Shown: positions 37,710 through 50,840 of the stretch, piece after piece
How the letters are laid out: each line of letters opens with the position of its first letter
How positions within the stretch are numbered: position 1 is the first letter of the stretch
Assembly (NCBI GenBank): GCA_028534125.1
Contig: CM052836.1
Location: 868,001 to 932,000, forward strand
DNA length: 64,000 bases
Reading direction: 5' to 3'
From: Lama glama
Lineage: Eukaryota
Program-made: the position numbers and the translations under genes
The notes under the pieces: generated by a model
The model's input: only the letters and a program-made list of their open reading frames with translations
Databases searched by the model: none
What the model was told of the DNA's origin: nothing

Positions 37710-38510
37710 CCAGGATGGCCTGAACGTCAGTGTCCCCCCCAAATTCAGGTGCTAAAGCCTGCTCCCCAGCGTGAAGGTATCGGGAGGGGGGGCTCGGAGA
37801 GGTGGGCAGGGCACGAGAGTGGAGCCCTCCTGAGCGGGATTGGCGCCCTTATAAAGGAGGCCCCGGGGCGCTCCCTCGCCCCTGCTGCTGCGTGAGGACC
37901 CAGTGAGAAGCCCAGGGCCTGAACTCAGGCCCTGCCTGCCCGACCCTGCGGCACGCGGATCTCAGGTGTCTAGTCCCCAGAGTGTGAGAAATAAATGTCT
38001 GGGGCCCGTAATGTCACCAAAAGTAAGTTTGTCTGCCTGCAGCACCGTGAGGCCAAAAAACTGAAACATCAGAGTTTGGAGCAGAGGAAGGTTTACCGCA
38101 GGGCCGAGCAAGGAGGACGGGTGGCTCCCGCCCAAGAAAACCCCGAATTCCCCGAAGGGCGTCAGCAAAGCATATTTAAAGGCCAGGTGAGGGGGCACAG
38201 GGAACGTGATCAGCTCGTGCACAGTTCTCTGACTGGCTGATGTTAGGGAACAAGGGGTCAACACTGTCAACCCCCAGGTGCCAGACAGTCTGGGGGCCAC
38301 GTGCTCTCAACCACCAGGTAGTTAATTTCTTCCCTTTGGTGGTGGTTTTAAGCACCTGAAAAACTCAGGAAATGTACACGAGACACGATTACCTGGCGCT
38401 TCAGGAGGCGCTCCCGCAGAGGACACGGGGAGGGGCCTGACCCTGGAAGCCCCGCAGGAGCCTGCTGGGTTACAAGCCGCCCGGCCCACGGCACCGTCAC
38501 AGCAGCCCAC
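37710..38510 (+). mobile_element. MLT1A-type LTR interrupted by a second LTR
   Basis: tgtccccccaaattca..cccttataaaggaggcccc..gtgagaaataaatgtctg, resuming as agccgccc..cagcagccc after 38474. Confidence 0.7.
38012..38474 (-). mobile_element. ERV solo LTR (family not recognised)
   Basis: TG..CA termini (tgtcacc..ggttaca), about 460 bp, sits between two halves of an MLT1A. Confidence 0.6.
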
Positions 38511-39544
38511 CCCCCACAGCTCTGTCCTCCCAAAAACGTCTCCTTAAGGAGTCGTGACGAAGGAAGGCAATGTCTGGTGCAGAAGGACACGTCGTCAGCC
38601 ACCTTCCGTCCCAGCAAATACCCCCCCACCCAGTCTCGGCTTCGGCCGCTGACGGCGACACACCCTCCAGAGGCCTCATTTCACCAGGTTTTCAAAGTGA
38701 CCCAATCTGCGGCCTCGACTAGAAACAGACGAAACACGTATCAGTCAGTGCCACAGACGCACCACTCGGAACAGTCCCCTTACACGTCATAAACAAGGTG
38801 AGAGTCTCTCCCACCCTTCAGGGCGAGTCCCCCGTGTGGAACGGCTCCCCGGCGGCAAACTGACACATCTGGAGACACGTGAAGACGTGCAGCTCGCTGG
38901 GGGGCCGCCTGTTAACTTTCCACCCCTGGGCACCAAATGTTTCCCCAGCGGCTTACAAGCCTTAATGTTCCTCCGAACACACTGCATTTGCTACTCCCCC
39001 CGGACACCCAGGGCCCCGAGGGTATCCAGCCCAGGGAGACGGGGCAAAGCCTTCGGCTGGGATGCTGGCCCCATTCCCAACAAAGGCTGCCTCTCAGACA
39101 CCAGGTCTGACGCATTCCCAGCTCCAGTGTCAGGAGAGAGAGGTGTGGCCACCGCAGACCCCGGACAGGAACGGATAAAAGGAGGGAATGCCACGGACAG
39201 CGGCGCAAGTAAACCCACAGCCCGGGGGGAATGGTCCAGCCTGCCAACCGCCACAATCCGCCACAATCCGCCACAGCGCGCCACGACGGAGCAGACGACC
39301 TGGACAACACTGAAATACAGAATCCATGGCTAAAAACCCCTTTGAAAAAAACATCGCCAGGCCCGGATGCTTTTACCAGCAAATTCTACCAGACATTTCG
39401 GAAACAGCAACATGCATCAAAACTCATACACCCGTAGACCAAAATTGCCATTTTTCCTGTAAAATAATGTAAAATATACAGAAAAACAGAGTAAAAAGGA
39501 CAGCATCAATTTGACTCAAATGGTTTTAAAAACACCTTTGCTTT

Positions 39545-39790
39545 TAGCCGGACACGAAAGGGCAAATACTATGCAATTCCATTTGTCTGAGGTGCCTGGA
39601 AGAGTCAAATTCAGAGACAGAGAGGGGAATGGTGGTGCCGGGGCCGGGGGAGCCAGCGTTTAGGGAGTGGGTGCAGAGGCTCACTTCGGAGACGGGAGGG
39701 CAGGAACGCCTGCCAACAGCATGAGTGTACTTAATGCCACTGAACTGCGCACTGAAAAGCAGTTACACTGCTCAAGTTTATCTAAAACCA
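39545..39790 (+). mobile_element. L1MB-like 3' fragment
   Basis: gggcaaatactatgcaattcca..gtcaaattcagagacag..gtacttaatgccactgaactg. Confidence 0.7.
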
Positions 39791-42459
39791 CCCTCACTCT
39801 TCATCAGGAAAGTCGACTTCCCAAATTGTACTCGTAGGAAAATGAAACAGCACAAGGGCGTTCTGAAAGCAGGCAGTTAAACCTTGAGCGGTGGACCCGT
39901 CTCTGCAGACGCGTGCGGCGGGCCTGGCGCGTGCGCACTCCGGACTTCCTTGCACGTGGCGAGCACGCAGGCGCCGTCACACACGGGACAGGGTCTGCGT
40001 GTACCGTGATCACGAGCCAGACAGACCCTGAGTCCATCTGTCCAACCCTTTGGACTTTCAAAGAACCTTGCTTTTGCTTCCCACAAATGGCAACCAAAAG
40101 CTTGGTAAAATACATCCATGGCCTGAAGAAGGATGTTGCAGTCATTTCTGGCCAGACCTGAGCCGACCAGAGCCTTAAACAGACCAGCACGTGGACAGGG
40201 GGCCACGGAGACTCCGGCCCCATCAGTCAGTGACAGAGGTTTGAGTCCCTTTCCTTACCTCCCCCTTGAGGTCATCCAGAGAAAAGGGCAGAGAGAGAAG
40301 GGGGGCCACACCCCCACGGCCGGATTTCTAGATCCCGGCACCTGCCCAGTGTGGCCCACATTCCTGAATCAGAAAAGTTTCAGTCCCTTTGCAGCTTCTG
40401 GGCCCAAGTCCTCCCCCGACCCCGACAATTGCCAACTGACTGAACCCCAATGATGTCCACATGCAAAGTACAGCTTCCAGACACCTGCCACCAACAAACA
40501 CCCAAAATAAACACGACGTGACTCACTCACCCAGCTCTGTGCGCCACAGCTTCTGAACGGTAATTACCCCCCGTCTAAACTCCGGGTCAAGAAATCACAG
40601 GCATTTTAATCCAAATAAGAGCATCGCAAAGATTACGCTGGACAAATAAAGGGAAAACCGATCTGAATGTTCCCAGTTCTCAATTTCCAGCAGCATTCCT
40701 CCGCGTGCACAGCTGAAAGAGCCGTGTATTACGAGCACACAATCTCTGCAAACCGTGTCTGAGTTAATTTCTCCTTCCTTCTCCGTGGTCAGGCCTCCAG
40801 TCGTTCAACGCCCACGCAGAACACATGCCTCAGGACGCGGGGACCGCGTCTGAAACCCCCCATGCTTCACCGTCTCTGCCAAGTCTCATGATTCCAAGAA
40901 CATCCTGACTGAGGACAGGGCTGCAAGAAGACAACCGATCCAGCCGCTGTGTCCCAGACCTCTACGTGACAGACTCGGGTCCCTCGAAGCAGAGGAAGGA
41001 GGCAGAAAGGACGTTTGTTCCCTGACACGTCCCCCCTGGCCAACCTTTCCAGTGTGTCAAGACCGGAGGGCGGGCCCAGTGTCTGTCACCCGCGAGCCCC
41101 ACGGGGGTTCCAGCTGTGAAGGCCCCGGACGCGCCATCAGGCCACCCTAGGAAGTTTCAGAAGACACCCTGAGCCGGGCAGCTGGTGCCTTAGAACCTGG
41201 GGGGTGGGCGGTGGGGGGCAGGGCTGGAGCTGCCACCGCTCTGCACTCACCGCCGTCACCAGGCGTCTCCGGAGCCAGCTCTCCGGCACCCCAGCGGCAC
41301 CCCCAGTAGGGGAGGGTCGGCTCAGCTCAGGGCACCACGAAGGCCCCACCAGCCCCCGCAGGAGGCACCAGCCGGACGGACCAGAGTGTCAGAGCAGCAG
41401 ACTCAGACACGTCCCTGGCCGCCAGGGCAGGCCGTGCCTTCCTAAGAAACAGCGAGCCCAGAGGCTCCCCTGGAAGCCTCAGAGGCCGGGGGGTGTTGCC
41501 CGCACCATGCCCCACACACCCGGAAACGAGGGGAGGCCCCGGGGCCCCGGGGATGTCCCTCTGAGCCTCAGCCAGCAGGGGAGCCAGCAGACACAGCGCC
41601 AGGCCCAGAACCCACGCTCCCTCCTGCCGCCCGACCCTGGTCACAGCCCCGGACCCCGAGGCACCCACCCGCCACCCTGCCCGCCACCCCGAACCCTTCC
41701 AACCTCCGGCGCCAGCCCGCTCGCCCAAGCACGCACGCGCGCGTTAGCTTCGGGCGTCACACCTGATGGGAAGGAAAGAAAGACCCACCTTCCTTATCAG
41801 CCTGGGGCGCCCTGCCTCCCTCCCCTCGGCCGCCGAGCCTGCCCCAGGGCAGCACGCTGTCCCTCTTCTGTTCCACCCCAGTCACTCATCATCCAATTAA
41901 CAGGACGGCCAAGAGGCCCGACAAGAGTGTGCCAGGCGGACAGGAGGCCAACCTCGGTGGCGTGGAGGGCAGCGACAGGGCGGCCAGAGCGGGACCTGAA
42001 CGGAGCTTTCTGCCCAGAAAGAGACGTCGTCAGGAGGCGGGGCACCCAGGTTCCAGCTGACGAGCACCTGCACCACGTCCAGGTCAGGAACCAGAGCGTT
42101 TCGTTGGAAAGAGGGTGCTAAGCACCAGCCCCAGAGGCCCCGAGGGAGCTGCTCAAGCCCAACGATGGGGCCAGAGGCGACCACGAGGAAGGTGCAGCCC
42201 AGCGAGACCGCAGGCCAGCGGGTGTGGGGCTCAGCGCGCACAAGGCCAGAGCTGCACTCCCAGCCCCATCATGACGCAAGGAGCACCGCCTTCCTCCAGG
42301 CCGGAGCCGGGCTCCACGCACAGCCTCTGCGGGTGAGCCACAAGCCCCGCCTGCCTGGTCAGGGAGCAGTCACCCCGTGGGTGGACATCCTGTGCACCCC
42401 AAGTGAGCGCACGCACCTGGCCTACAACCCATCACGGGGGCGAGGCGCTGGGGGATGCT

Positions 42460-42845
42460 GACCAGGACGGTTAACTTTATGCATCACCTCGGCTGGGCCA
42501 GAATGCCCAGGTACCTGGTCAAGCTGCTCCAGACGCTTCCGCGAAGGCGTTTTTTGAATGTATTGCTACTGAACTCAGCAGCCCTTGACTACAGCAGGTT
42601 ACCTCGCTGCTGTGAGTGGGCTCCGTCCAGCTGCTGCAGGTCTCCGCAGGAAACACACTGATCTCTCCCGAGAAAGGGGAGTCCTGCCTCCAGGTGGCCT
42701 GAGCCCCCAGCTTCCGGCCTGGCCTGCAGATTTCAGACTTGCCAGCCTCTCTAATTACGTGAGCCAGTTCCTTAAAATACACTTCTCTTTCTACACACAC
42801 ACCCCCCTGTCAGTTCTGTTTCTCTACAGAACCCTGACTGATACA
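42460..42845 (+). mobile_element. MLT2-type solo LTR
   Basis: ggttaactttatg..cagatttcagacttgccagcc..gtgagccagttccttaaaata..gaaccctgactgataca. Confidence 0.8.
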
Positions 42846-44824
42846 GTCAGGGACACAGCTTCCCAGATGCCACCTGCCTGGGCCACCCCAGCTCCAGAGC
42901 AGAACCTCGCTGCGGAGAAAAGGCCCTGCGAGTACAGAGCGCCCCCCAGAGGGTCCCATGAAAAGGCCACGTGTGCACACGGTCAAGGACCCACCAGCTA
43001 GAGTCCTGCTGGGGTGCTAACTGCTCCCAGGAGAACGTGCTGCGTTACGTATGACACCATGACGAGTTCCCACCTGTACACGTGACCATTCTAGGTAAAC
43101 GAGAGGCGTGGGGGGGAGTCGGGGAATCAGTTTCATCATTTGGCTGAAAATACAATGAGGATGATGAACAGAAAACCGGTCCCATCAGCCTCCTACTGCG
43201 CAGAGACTCCTAAATCCACGAGCGCCTTCTGGAATGCAGGCCTCCCGCCCTGCTGTGCACTATTGTCAGGCACACACATGCACATGCACAGCCAACCACA
43301 GGCACCACCAGTTCCTCCTCTGGGCCCCACCATTCACAGGGGCCACGGGACGTCCCAGAGGCAGGCGGCCAAGCTGGCACAGCCAAAGCCGGCCCCAGAG
43401 TGAGGGGCACGGAAAGCTCCGACCCCTCAGGACACCCCTGTCCCCGAGACAAGCCACAGAAGCAGGTGACGGTCCCGCTGGTCTCCAGGCAGAGTTCTTC
43501 ACGTCTATGAAAAACTTACAGACGAAATGCTTTCAGACAGGCTTTCCTTTCTCACAATGCTCTGAAATGAAAGAAATGCTCCAACTCAATAACACGAGTA
43601 AAAGAGCAATTCAACTGCCATTACAATGGGTGAAGACCAAGGTCAGGTGCTTCAGCGGAAAATGCAAACAACCAACAAGCCGAACAGGTGATGGGGCCAG
43701 AGACCCAGGGACCACCCTCACGTTCCCGATTGCGCTGGTGGGGACTAAACACAGCAGCCTGCTCGGGCGGAGGGGCAGGAGGGGCTCCTGTGAGCTCGCG
43801 GGCCCAGCGCTGCCCCGGCAGACAGCCCGGCCACCCCGGTCAGAGGTACACACACATACACCCTGTGACTCAAGCATCTTAGTTCTAAGGCTTCTTCCCA
43901 AAAAACATACTCACGGGGGTGCACCAGGGAAAAGGGCACGGAGGTGGCAGCCTGGGGGGACACCCACACGCCCACCACGGGGCGAAACACAGGGCACGCG
44001 GCCCGCAGGGACTCGTGCACGGCTTCAGGGCACGACCCGGAGCCCGCGTGTCGACGCCACACGCTGAGTGAAAAAACGCGAGTCGCAAAACCCTCCAGGG
44101 TGTGACCACGTCTTTGGGAAGCCACCTCTACGTGAACGCGCCCTGTGCGTCTGCACACACGTGCGTGTGCCGACGGCGCAGGGAAGCTGGCGGTGAGCGG
44201 CGTGGACCCTGGGCACGGGGAGCCAGCTTCTACTCTCCGCCTTCTTTCTTCATTTTCAAACAATAAAAATGCTATCAAAATAAAGGAAAGGTTAGTCAGC
44301 ATATCTGACTTCCTGTTCACACTCAAGATTCAAGGGGTGTTTTTTGTAGAAACACTACTTAAAAGAAAAGGTCCCACCGGCCGAGATAAAACTCACATAA
44401 AAAGATAGAAGGCCCTTTCCTGTTTCCCCTGTGAGTCAACGCAAGATTATTCGCCAAGCAGCAAGTTTCCACCACGCTCTCATTTCTATAACTTCCCACG
44501 ATGGCAGAAGGCGGCCGCGGTTTCCACTTTCCTGCTGATAAAGCCGCACCGAACTGCATCCTGGGGAAGGTGAGCGCCTGCCAGCGCCCGTCCCCACCCC
44601 GCCAGGGCCACCCGCCTCCTGCCAGCCCCACAGGGCACTTCCACTGCCTTCCTGTGCATTTCGGGAGGCTGCAAAAAACGTCCACCCAGAGCCTGTGGGT
44701 GTGACGTTATTTGGAGAAAGGGTCTTTGCAGATGTATTTAAGGCCACGGAGTTAGGATGGGATCATCTTGGGTCCCCTGGGTGGGCCCGAAATCCACCAA
44801 CAAAGGTCCTTATAAGAACTACAT

Positions 44825-44962
44825 GGGGGGGGGTGTAGCTCAGTGGTGGCTACGGGCCTGCGTAGCGTGCACGAGGTCCTGGGTTCAATCCCCAGTACTT
44901 CCATTACAAAACAAACAAATAAATGAATAAACCTAGTCCCCAACGCCCACCCCCTAAAAAAA
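44825..44962 (+). mobile_element. tRNA-Ala-derived SINE (vic-1-like), inserted in an MLT1 LTR
   Basis: GGGTGTAGCTCAGTGG..GAGGTCCTGGGTTCAATCCCCAGTACTTCCA + tail. Confidence 0.88.
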
Positions 44963-45099
44963 GAGAGAAACGTGGAGAGACACAGGGAAGAAGGCCACGT
45001 GAAGACAGGGGCACAGGCTTGTGACGTGGCCACAAGCCAGGGGACACCTGGAGCCAAGAGGCGCTGCAAGAGGCTGGAAGGGTCCCACCCTGAGGATGC

Positions 45100-45592
45100 G
45101 GAATGTGATACACACACACACACACGTGCGCATACACACACATGCAGGTAAAAGGAGATGTTGCTCAGCCACAGAAAAGAATGACAGCCTGACGAGTGCA
45201 GCAACGTGGATGACCCTGGGGTATTACGCTCCGCGAAGTCAGACGGAAAGGCAAAGCTGGGGGAATTCGCTTACGTGTGGAACCTGAAAAGCCTTGCCAA
45301 TGGAACACAGACTCACAGACACAGGAGAGACGCCCGTGGTCACCAAAAGGGAGCGGGAAGGCGGCAGGGGCACGGTTACCAAAAGGGAGCAGGAAGGGGG
45401 GGAACGGTTACCAAAAGGGAGCGGGAAGCGGGGGCAAATGAGGGGCACAGGGTTAAGAGGCACAAACTACCATGTGTCAAACAGATGAGCAACAGGACAC
45501 ATCGCACAGCAGGGAATCACAGCCACTATCTCACAGTAACTTCTGATGGCATATAGTCGATAAAAATGCTGAGTGACTATAATAAAAAAAAA
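45100..45592 (+). mobile_element. 5'-truncated L1 3' end with poly(A)
   Basis: ctcagccacagaaaagaatga..gcagcaacgtggatgacc..cacagcagggaat..aataaaaaaaaa. Confidence 0.75.
45337..45430 (+). repeat. Three ~34-nt tandem copies with core GGT(T/C)ACCAAAAGGGAGC
   Basis: Seen directly, inside the L1 3' end. Confidence 0.85.
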
Positions 45593-47329
45593 CGTGGAGC
45601 GCTCTCTATAACCTCAAGAGCCCCCTCCCCAGCGTGGAGGGGGACTCGGAGCTTCAGGAGCACGGCCCTGCTCACACCCGGACGCCGGGCTTCTGGGCTC
45701 CGGAACTGGGAGCACAAACCTCTCTCGTCTCAGGCGCCCGCTTCATCATGGCGCCCCAGGAAGCACGCGTGCCCAGCGTGGCTCTGTGGGGGGCGAGCGT
45801 GTCTCCTTCAGGGCTGGTCTGACGAGAAGGCGGAAGGCCCCCGGCCACACAGACAAAGCGTGCTGGATGAAACTCTGGTAAATTACCTTTATCGCCTGCT
45901 GCAGTTCCCACTCCGCCCCCCAACCCAGCACCCGTGTCCTGGGCTGCCCCCACCCCACCCCAGCCCTGCCCTCTCCCTGGGGAGCCCCACTTCTGTTCCA
46001 GCCACCACAGCAATGCAACAAGCCAGCCTGGACTTGGGGACCCAGGACACTCCCCCTACGTTCATGGATCTGTGGGCAGGAGTCCCGATGGGCCCAGCAG
46101 GGACACTTGTCTCTGCTCCAGCGTCTGAGGCTCCAGCCAGGGTCCGACAGCCAAGGGCTTGCCATCACGTGAAGGCGGCTCCTGTCACACACCGGGGCCC
46201 TGGCAGGGAGGGCGCGGAGACCGGGACTGCCCACTCCAGTCCCCGTGCTACGTGGCCTTCGGTGGGGGCCGGAGGGTTGGGCTCCCTCACAACACGGGGG
46301 GGGGACATCGACCGACCCCCGACTTGGCATCTCGGGGCTGCGAGATCCAAACAGTCACGAGGCCACCCTGACCCACAGGGAAGGCAGACACCGCACCTCA
46401 GTGGCAGCAATGCTGGGTTTACAGCCACGTGCTTTACTTAACCCGCCGCAGCTTTCCTCCCCGCTCCGCTCCGGCTGCTGCCCGCCGTCCCTGAGTTCCA
46501 ACTCGGCGTTCCTGACTTGGAGACCTCAAGCCCGTCTTTGCTGGTCAACCCTCACCCTCGAGGTTCCTCCCGTGGCGGCACGCACCCCCGTCAGCACACC
46601 CACGCGCTGTCGTCCAGCTGGAAGCACCGCATCCTGCCCGCTCTCCGCCCACTGCTGCACACGCAGTGCCTGGGACGCACCGGACATGTCACCTGTCACT
46701 GAAGGAGGGACAGGGCACGATGCAGTGAGACAGAACCGTGGAGCAGAGAGGGACCACCACGTTACAGAGACCAGGGAGGTTTCCACCCAGCCTTACTGGG
46801 CCCACCAGGTGGGGCGAGGCAGAGGGCAGGAAGGAGCGGGGTGCAGCTGGCCAGACCCCAAGGGACAGGTCAGCAGCAGGGGTGGAGGAGGCCCAGGGCC
46901 CTTCTCAGAGGCTTGGAGTGGGTGGGAGACAGGGGTGCCAGTGAGCGAGGTCTGAGACCTGGACTCTGGAGTCCAAGCTACAGATGGAGGCAAGCTGTCT
47001 GCCCTGGGAAGGGGAGCCGCAAACAGTCGAGGACCCCGGTGTCCCACATGAAGAATAAAGGGTCAAGAATGTTCACAAGCCACATTCACAATGGTCCAAG
47101 CCAGAAGCCAAGCCCACAGCACAGCAGACGCATGAGCTGCGGAGCACGCCCCCGAAGGGATGCTGGAGAGCGGGGAAGCGGAGAGAGCCCCGGGCATGTG
47201 CAGGGCCTGACGCCACACGTGGGAACTGAGTACCTCCCTGGGTGAGTGGCAGGATCCCGTGCACGCCAAGCCACGCCCAGCCAGACCACACCTGTGCTGC
47301 AGTCAGTGGGGACACGGTGCCCTCAGGGA

Positions 47330-47412
47330 AAAACGCGGTGCCCTGGGGGGGGGAGCGTGGTGCCCTGGGGGGGTGTCCTGGGGTGGGGGGGAGCGTGGTG
47401 CCCTGGGGGAGG
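47330..47412 (+). repeat. G-rich degenerate tandem repeat (GTGGTGCCCTGGGGGG)n
   Basis: About four copies of (g/c)ggtgccct followed by G runs. Confidence 0.8.
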
Positions 47413-50400
47413 AGCGCCAAAAGGCCCAGGGGCTGCAGGCCAGTGGTGTTCCAGGTGCCACATGGTTGGGCTCCATTCGTGAGCAAAGCAAGGTCCTGTG
47501 TGCATCACTGTAAAGTCTGCAAACATCTCACCAGAGACAGGAGGAGGAAGCGGGAGGATGAAGCAGAAGCAGGGGAGGCCAGCTTTACTACTGCTGCTGC
47601 CGCTTTGCTGGTGACCGTCCCCTGAATTTCAAAACAGAAGAGAGGCCACACCGAGCTGGGGGAGGAGACCCACGGACAAGCAGTCAGCGGTGGGTGGCCA
47701 TGGGAAGAGGGCAGCCAGGAGTCCGGCGGCCTCTCCCAGGTGCGACCGGACCCCAGCAAGGTCTCCCCGACCCTGGCACTCGGGGCGCGCACCGCTATCC
47801 ACCAGCTGCTCCGGCGTCGGGCTGCTCTCCTGGAGAGAAGGCGCCCCAGGACAGGAGGGCCAGCCCAGGGGCACACGCGGGTCACTCTGCCAGGCAGAAG
47901 ACGGCCACGACACCACAGCTCACATTTCCTTCCACGAGACCCGTCCCCTCCAGCCCCGAGCAGGCAGGCGTCGCGCTGCCGGTGTGCCAGGAGAAGCACA
48001 GCCAAGCCTGCAGGGCCTTTCCCAGCAGTCCCCTCCGGCTCCCGGCTCCGGCCCCTCGGGGCTGCACCCCAGACGCTCTCGGGCTCTCAGCCGGGGGTCC
48101 AACAGCCGCTGCCACGCTTAGGGAAACCACTCCGAGCGGCAGAAGCCACGCCACTGCTCCCTGAGCCTCCGGCCGGCGGCTGGGGAGGCTGGCACCTGAT
48201 GGCGTTAGTGACAAGGGCTGTGTTTGGAGAAGTGTCTTCCGTCTGTAAGGGCTGCAACAGAGACGCCAGAAACGGCCTGGAAACAGTCCCGACACAAAAG
48301 CTCTGAGCAGAAGCCTGGGGCTCGGGAGAGAGCTGGCGCACACACACCGCCGCCTCTCCGAGAAAGGGGGAGTGTGTGTGTTCGGGGTCTCACTGGTTTT
48401 TGAAGCTGGTGGCTACCCCTCCTGCTCGCTGTCAGCGATGCTCTCTTCCCAGGGTGGGAGCCCACGCCCAGGGGCAGAGCCATCCCTGCAGACCAGGGGC
48501 CTGCATCTCCCCAGGGCCCGCTCTGCAGGCCTTCGGCACTGGGCATCGATTTTCAAAACCGTGTCCCCACCCTTCCCCAGTTTGCCAGAGAAAGCCAAGC
48601 CCTACTCCCTCGGTGGTCCTGTCCGTCAAGCGGGAGGGGATGTAAACATAACGGGGGTGGCCCTGCTTCCAGGGAGGCCCGAGGGATCCCACATGCGAAA
48701 CCCAAGCCGCAACCTCCGGTTTCAAAGACCCGCCAGGGCTCCCCTTCCGCGGCTCGGGGGCCCTGCTCTGACCCAGTTTCCTGGCCCGAGCGGGCAGCCC
48801 CCCGGCCAAGGTGGGGGCCGGCTGGCCCACAGCACGGCCCCTCGGCTCCAGGCGCCAACCAGCCGTGCTCAGTCCTGGGTCCAGAGACACAGGGTGAGGG
48901 CACCACGGCCAGGCGCCGACGGGGGGAATAAAATGACACCAGGCAGCCTGCACACGCCGCTCAGCGCCTGAATGCTTACACGTCCAGGCGGCCACACGTA
49001 GGGCCAGGCGACAAAGCAGGTCGAGTACTGTTTAATCTGGGGGTGCCAACAGCTTTACATAAGATGCAGCTGAACACAGCATCACAGAGCACCCCACGTG
49101 GCCTCTGAGTGCTGTGCTGAGGGAAACTTGGGTTTCAGCGGTGTGTCCCTGTGCGCGCGTGCACGTGCGTGTGCATGCATGTGGGCCCGCGTGCATACGC
49201 ACACTCACGCCTCACGGTACAAAACGCACATCTTGCTGAGACACCCTCAGGGCTCCCCTATCAGTCAGGCTCCCCGACTGCCGTGAAGTTTTCATATTCT
49301 CCTGATACATTTTTCAGCAGCATCAGACAAGCCTGAAACCGCTCTGAAGCTTGGCCTTTAAACAGGAAGCAATTCCACGTGCGTCCCAGGGCGAAGTCCG
49401 CCAAGATGGGCTATCTCGCTGGTCTCCCCCCCACCACAACCCCCGCCAGGAACCGCTGCTCTCACCCCGTCTGCGAGAGGCCAGCGGGGCTGCTCCGCAT
49501 CCCTCGGCATGCTCTGCGCTCAAAAGGCCAACGCGCTGGACTCCCAGCTGCTTTGAAACAAGGCAGGTACAGCGCGGCTAAGAAAAGCGTGTCCGCCTCT
49601 CAAGGCAGACGACGTGCGTCTGCGCCTGATCTGAAGTTGTTTTTCCATTCTCCTTTGGACTTTTCCTCCATGATTTCCACGACAAGTGACGCCGCAGAAA
49701 AACCGGAGATACGCAGACAAGCACCGAGGACAAGACAGACAAGACAAAAGCCCCACGTTCGTGAGCCGAGGGGGCACCGTCCTGGGCGCTGTCCGCCCAA
49801 CGCCCTGGGCAAACCACCGTACGTGCAGCTGTAGACGGGGCTCTTAGCACTTGATGTGACACGTTGATCCCCCATCAAATTAGTCTTATTTTACACCATT
49901 ATTTTTAGAGACTGGCCGGCCTAACTGTGTCCCCTCATCTCTGACCATCTGTCAGTGGCTTTCAGCTGGCATCCGAGTTTTCTGTTTATCAGACCAGGAA
50001 ACACCCTTTCTAATAAACGTTTCTTTGCATCCACGATTCTTCAGGGCAGATTTCTAGACCTTGTGCTGCAATGGCCAAGGGTACAGATATCTTCAACATT
50101 TTTGAAAAGCCTCAACCAATGGCCACCCCCCCCGCCCCCCGGTGTGTGCGTTAGATGCAGTGTTTGGGAAACGCACCTTCCTGCAGCCGTCAGGCTTCAA
50201 GTCACGCTCCCGGGCTCACATCTTGGGCCCCAGCACCTCTTGGCTGAGTGACGCTGTCAATGAATTTCCTGTTCTGTCTGTTCTCAGCGTCCTCATCTGT
50301 GAAAGACAGCAGAACTGTCCCGATCGGACGGGGCTGTGGCCAGGACTCCGCGGGACAGGTGTGGAAGGCGTTCGCGGGTCACTGACAGTGAGGTCACCAT

Positions 50401-50524
50401 GACACCACCATGTCACTCTTTCCCATAACGGCCTCCCTGTCTCCATCCCTGCCTTTCCGATGCACACAGATCAGAGGTGCCAGAGTCGCCCCTAAGCACA
50501 GGCCTGATTGCACTCGTTACCGAG

Positions 50525-50840
50525 CAAACACCTGCACAATTAGGCAGAATGAAGAAAGCCAGACTCGAAGGCTGCACACTGTATGATTCCACTTATACAA
50601 CGTTCTGGAAAAGTCTGTACGGACAGAAAACAGATCCGTGGGTGCCGAGGGTGGGGTGGGTGGGGGAAGGAGCTGACTCTAGACGGACAGGAGGAAATGT
50701 GCCGAGTCCTGGAAGCCTTCCACATCTTGATCTGGTGGTGGTTACACGGCTGTTTCCAAACTCGAAGAACAGGACATTAAACAGGGCGAATTTTGCTGAA
50801 CACACACCCTGCCTCAGTAAATCTCATTTAAAAATAAACA
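50525..50840 (+). mobile_element. Old L1 3' fragment
   Basis: gaagaaagccagactc..cactgtatgattccacttatac..tcttgatctggtggtggttacac. Confidence 0.7.

Larger units (their letters stand above)
44660..45760 (+). mobile_element. MLT1-type LTR carrying a nested SINE and L1 3' end
   Basis: gtgacgttatttggagaaagggtctttgcagatgta..ccttataagaa..ggccacgtgaagac; resumes at about 45640 with cacggccctgctcacacc. Confidence 0.75.

Noticed and set aside
39880-40300. Possible extra 5'UTR exons
   Set aside because: Acceptor-like and donor-like sites do not pair into a convincing exon; transcript data are needed.
45337-45430. Repeat-spacer-like pattern resembling a CRISPR array
   Set aside because: Mammalian DNA, the spacers are related to each other, and it lies in an L1 3' end; this is a tandem duplication.
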